Shown here: positions 22,901 to 27,760 of the stretch, one piece after another
Layout: each line of letters starts with the position of its first letter
Position numbering within the stretch: position 1 is the stretch's first letter
Origin: Proteromonas lacertae
Lineage: Eukaryota
Assembly (NCBI GenBank): GCA_002245135.1
Contig: NGBS01000611.1
Coordinates: forward strand, 62,001-89,760
Length of the DNA stretch: 27,760 nucleotides
Reading direction: 5' to 3'
Notes under the pieces: model-generated
Databases searched by the model: none
Told to the model about the DNA's origin: nothing
Seen by the model: only the letters and a program-made list of their open reading frames with translations
Made by a program: the position numbers and the translations under genes

Positions 22901-25900
22901 GATTTAGAGAAAGAAGTAAAAGACTTATTAGATAAGTTAAGTAAGAGTGGTGAAAAGAAACTGAAAGAAAATCCAACAATAAATATGAAAGAATTCTTCA
23001 AAGAACATGAAGCTGAGAATCTCGAAATGAAACGACTATTATTATTACGAAATCGTTGTTTCGAACTATTCAAGAATAAACAATATGAGAAATGTATAAA
23101 ATATGGTGAAATAATCCAAAATAAGATGAAAGAGAACAATTACAATGATGATGAAGAAGGTGAATTATATCGAATAATCGGTGAGAGTTATTACAAGTTA
23201 TACATAAATGATAATAATATAAATGAATTAATAAAGAGTCAAGAGAACTATGTGATAGCATTGAAATATACAAAGAATGCAGGAAATGCTAGTGTATTAC
23301 ATCGTATAAGTGAGATTTACTATGAAGGTAATAATTTCGATGCTAGTTTATCTTTATTGATATCTATAATCAATCGATTCCCAAATTATAATCGATTGAA
23401 CGAAGTAATCTTTTTATGTGGTTGTATATTGAAATCTAAGAAAGATTATAAACAAAGTATCGATTATTTCCAACATTTGGTGAATGTTTGTCCAAATGAT
23501 TTTAAGAGTAGTGATATATGGTTAATAATTGGTTTATGTTTAGAAGAAAGTAATTCTAATCAAAATGTGACAAGTTATAAACGATATTATAGTAATTTAG
23601 ATGAGCGAACAAAGAATTATATAAGAATTGGGAAGATTGTTATAATGATAGTCGTACTTGGATGAATGAAGGTGACAAACTATACAAGAATCGATATTTC
23701 AGTTTAGCTTATGATTTTTATGAAGAAAGTGCGAAACGCTCAAATTGTGATAAAGAGATATTGAATGAGAAAGAATGTTTATTAGGAACGAAAGAACACA
23801 ATGATAAAATAATTGAAAAGAGTTATAATGATATAAAAGATGAAGAAAAGAAGAAAGATTTAGATGTAGAAATCGAAAAGAGTAAGAATGATATAAAACC
23901 CAATTTCGATAGTAAGATGGATGATATTTGTGAAGAAATTTTAAAGATTGAAGAGAATGATTTAACTGAATTTGAAGATGAGCGATTAGGTGATAATCCA
24001 TTTATAGAAGAAGAAAACAAACGATTGAAAGAAGAAATTTGTAAATTGGAGAAAGATTTAAACAGTAGTGAATTGAAGAATAATGATTTAGAGAAGAGAT
24101 GATAGATTTGAAGAAAGAACTAAATGATTTAGAGAATGTGAAGAAAGAGTTGATGGATAAAACTCGAGATATTCCTAAGCTTGAAGATGATTTAAAAGAA
24201 AACTCAAACATAAGTGATTTAGAGAAAGAAGTAAAAGACTTTATTAGATAAGTTAAGTAAGAGTGGTGAAAAGAAACTGAAAGAAAATCCAACAATAAAT
24301 ATGAAAGAATTCTTCAAAGAACATGAAGCTGAGAATCTCGAAATGAAACGACTATTATTATTACGAAATCGTTGTTTCGAACTATTCAAGAATCAAACAA
24401 TATGAGAAATGTATAAAATATGGTGAAATAATCCAAAATAATGAAAGAGAACAATTACAATGATGATGAAGAAGGTGAATTATATCGAATAATCGGTGAG
24501 AGTTATTACAAGTTATACATAAATGATAATAATATAAATGAATTAATAAAGAGTCAGAGAACTATGTGATAGCATTGAAATACAAAGAATGCAGGAAATG
24601 CTAGTGTATTACATCGTATAAGTGAGATTTACTATGAAGGTAATAATTTCGATGCTAGTTTATCTTTATTGATATCTATATCAATCGATTCCCAATTATA
24701 ATCGATTGAACGAAGTATCTTTTTATGTGGTTGTATATTGAAATCTAAAGATTATAACAAAAGTATCGATTATTTCCAACATTTGGTGAATGTTTGTCCA
24801 AATGATTTTAAGAGTAGTGATATATGGTTAATAATTGGTTTATGTTTAGAAGAAAGTAATTCTAATCAAAATGTGACAAGTTTATAAACGATATTATAGT
24901 AATTTAGATGAGCGAACAAAAGAATTATATAAGAATTGGGAAGATTGTTATAATGATAGTCGTACTTGGATGAATGAAGGTGACAAACTATACAAGAATC
25001 GATATTTCAGTTTAGCTTATGATTTTTATGAAGAAAGTGCGAAACGCTCAAATTGTGATAAAGAGATATTGAATGAGAAAGAATGTTTATTAGGAACGAA
25101 AGAACACAATGATAAAATAATTGAAAAGAGTTATAATGATATAAAAGATGAAGAAAAGAAGAAAGATTTAGATGTAGAAATCGAAAAGAGTAAGAATGAT
25201 ATAAAACCCAATTTCGATAGTAAGATGGATGATATTTGTGAAGAAATTTTAAAGATTGAAGAGAATGATTTAACTGAATTTGAAGATGAGCGATTAGGTG
25301 ATAATCCATTTATAGAAGAAGAAAACAACGATTGAAAGAAGAAATTTGTAAATTGGAGAAAGATTTAACAGTAGTGAATTGAAGATAATGATTTAGAGAA
25401 AGAGATGATAGATTTGAAGAAAGAACTAAATGATTTAGAGAATGTGAAGAAAGAGTTGATGGATAAAACTCGAGATATTCCTAAGCTTGAAGATGATTTA
25501 AAAGAAAAGACTCAAAACATAAGTGAGATGATAGATTTGAAGAAAGAACTAAATGATTTAGAGAATGTGAAGAAAGAGTTGATGGATAAAACTCGAGATA
25601 TTCCTAAGCTTGAAGATGATTTAAAAGAAAAGACTCAAAACATAAGTGATTTAGAGAAAGAAGTAAAAGACTTATTAGATAAGTTAAGTAAGAGTGGTGA
25701 AAAGAAACTGAAAGAAAATCCAACAATAAATATGAAAGAATTCTTCAAAGAACATGAAGCTGAGAATCTCGAAATGAAACGACTATTATTATTACGAAAT
25801 CGTTGTTTCGAACTATTCAAGAATCAACAATATGAGAAATGTATAAAATATGGTGAAATAATCCAAAATAAGATGAAAGAGAACAATTACAATGATGATG

Positions 25901-27760
25901 AAGAAGGTGAATTATATCGAATAATCGGTGAGAGTTATTACAAGTTATACATAAATGATAATATATAAATGAATTAATAAAGAGTCAAGAACTATGTGAT
26001 AGCATTGAAATATACAAAGAATGCAGGAAATGCTAGTGTATTACATCGTATAAGTGAGATTTACTATGAAGGTAATAATTTCGATGCTAGTTTATCTTTA
26101 TTGATATCTATATCAATCGATTCCCAAATTATAATCGATTGAACGAAGTAATCTTTTTATGTGGTTGTATATTGAAATCTAAGAAAGATTATAAACAAAG
26201 TATCGATTATTTCCAACATTTGGTGAATGTTTGTCCAAATGATTTTAAGAGTAGTGATATATGGTTAATAATTGGTTTATGTTTAGAAGAAAGTAATTCT
26301 AATCAAAATGTGACAAGTTATAAACGATATTATAGTAATTTAGATGAGCGAACAAAAGAATTATATAAGAATTGGGAAGATTGTTATAATGATAGTCGTA
26401 CTTGGATGAATGAAGGTGACAAACTATACAAGAATCGATATTTCAGTTTAGCTTATGATTTTTATGAAGAAAGTGCGAAACGCTCAAATTGTGATAAAGA
26501 GATATTGAATGAGAAAAATGTTTATTAGGAACGAAAGAACACAATGATAAAATAATTGAAAAGAGTTATAATGATATAAAAGATGAAGAAAAGAAGAAAG
26601 ATTTAGATGTAGAAATCGAAAAGAGTAAGAATGATATAAAACCCAATTTCGATAGTAAGATGGATGATATTTGTGAAGAAATTTAAAGATTGAAGAGAAT
26701 GATTTAACTGAATTTGAAGATGAGCGATTAGGTGATAATCCATTTATAGAAGAAGAAAACAAACGATTGAAAGAAGAAATTTGTAAATTGGAGAAAGATT
26801 TAAACAGTAGTGAATTGAAGAATAATGATTTAGAGAAAGAGATGATAGATTTGAAGAAAGAACTAAATGATTTAGAGAATGTGAAGAAAGAGTTGATGGA
26901 TAAAACTCGAGATATTCCTAAGCTTGAAGATGATTTAAAAGAAAAGACTCAAAACATAAGTGATTTAGAGAAAGAAGTAAAAGACTTATTAGATAAGTTA
27001 AGTAAGAGTGGTGAAAGAAAACTGAAAGAGAAATCCAACAATAAATATGAAAGAATTCTTCAAAGAACATGAAGCTGAGAATCTCGAAATGAAACGACTA
27101 TTATTATTACGAAATCGTTGTTTCGAACTATTCAAGAATCAACAATATGAGAAATGTATAAAATATGGTGAAATAATCCAAAATAAGATGAAAGAGAACA
27201 ATTACAATGATGATGAAGAAGGTGAATTATATCGAATAATCGGTGAGAGTTATTACAAGTTATACATAAATGATAATAATATAAATGAATTAATAAAGAG
27301 TCAAGAGAACTATGTGATAGCATTGAAATATACAAAGAATGCAGGAAATGCTAGTGTATTACATCGTATAAGTGAGATTTACTATGAAGGTAATAATTTC
27401 GATGCTAGTTTATCTTTATTGATATCTATAATCAATCGATTCCCAAATTATAATCGATTGAACGAAGTAATCTTTTTATGTGGTTGTATATTGAAATCTA
27501 AGAAAGATTATAAACAAAGTATCGATTATTTCCAACATTTGGTGAATGTTTGTCCAAATGATTTTAAGAGTAGTGATATATGGTTAATAATTGGTTTATG
27601 TTTAGAAGAAAGTAATTCTAATCAAAATGTGACAAGTTATAAACGATATTATAGTAATTTAGATGAGCGAACAAAAGAATTATATAAGAATTGGGAAGAT
27701 TGTTATAATGATAGTCGTACTTGGATGAATGAAGGTGACAAACTATACAAGAATCGATAT
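13936..27760 (+). CDS. Giant TPR-module/coiled-coil repeat protein (>4500 aa if the distal indels are errors); 3' end outside the window
   Basis: ATG 13936. Introns 13973-14001, 14071-14098, 14183-14213, 14753-14778 and 15470-15509 fuse track ORFs 14035, 14153, 14896 and 15518 into one frame, open to the first indel at ~23611. At least 10 homologous ~320-aa helical modules (ELYRIIGESYY..ALKY..VLHRISEIYYEG..NEVIFLCGCILK..DIWLIIG..TW..GDKLY..RYFSLA). Confidence 0.85.
17576..27760 (+). repeat. Coding tandem array, 1320-bp (440-aa) unit, 8 near-identical copies (last truncated)
   Basis: The anchor gaaaatccaacaataaatatg recurs at ~17576, 19007, 20327, 21647, 22967, 24283, 25714 and ~27030. Copy 1 has a unique linker (~18534-18890). 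Antisense ORFs in the track repeat at +1320. Confidence 0.97.
25402..25647 (+). repeat. 123-bp in-frame tandem duplication inside one array unit
   Basis: gagatgatagatttg...aaaacataagt at 25402-25524 is repeated at 25525-25647 (41 aa, EMIDLKKE...KTQNIS). Confidence 0.9.

Noticed and set aside
24283..25714. Unit spacing of 1431 bp equal to the first unit spacing (17576-19007)
   Set aside because: Coincidence: here it comes from 1320 + 123-bp duplication minus small deletions, not from the unique first linker.
15095..27335. Many recurring minus-strand ORFs (61-115 aa, F/S/L-rich)
   Set aside because: Antisense shadows of the E/K-rich coding strand; they recur only because the DNA is repeated.
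17576..27760. Array as CRISPR, transposon, satellite or rDNA
   Set aside because: No short repeat-spacer structure, no terminal repeats, and no transposase or RT motifs. The unit is an in-frame 440-codon protein module with older paralogous modules upstream.
1..27760. Alternative genetic code (TAA/TAG read-through) to explain ORF fragmentation
   Set aside because: Stops fall inside GT-AG introns or after indels, Gln uses CAA/CAG, and conserved genes end at TAA.

Overview
Very AT-rich, gene-dense eukaryotic (protist) nuclear DNA. It uses the standard genetic code and has many tiny GTA...AG introns (25-49 nt), most consistent with a Blastocystis-like stramenopile (inference). The ORF track is fragmented by these introns, and manual splicing gives 8 genes: (1) the 5' end of a PMR1/SPCA-type Ca2+/Mn2+ P-type ATPase (-); (2) a 171-aa, 8-exon tail-anchored protein absent from the ORF track (+); (3) a ~1450-aa protein with SWIM-like, PHD/RING-like and zinc-ribbon motifs and apparently degenerate SNF2 ATPase motifs (+); (4) pyrroline-5-carboxylate reductase (-); (5) a PDR/ABCG transporter pseudogene with a large internal deletion (+); (6) pelota/Dom34 (-); (7) a ~686-aa coiled-coil protein ending in what looks like a stand-alone dynein microtubule-binding domain with no motor (+); (8) a giant gene (>13.8 kb, runs off the window) made of at least 10 Ssn6/Cyc8/UTX-like TPR modules spaced by coiled coils, the last 8 forming a near-identical, intronless ~1320-bp tandem array. 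Single-base homopolymer frameshifts in conserved genes and many indels after ~23.6 kb point to long-read consensus errors.
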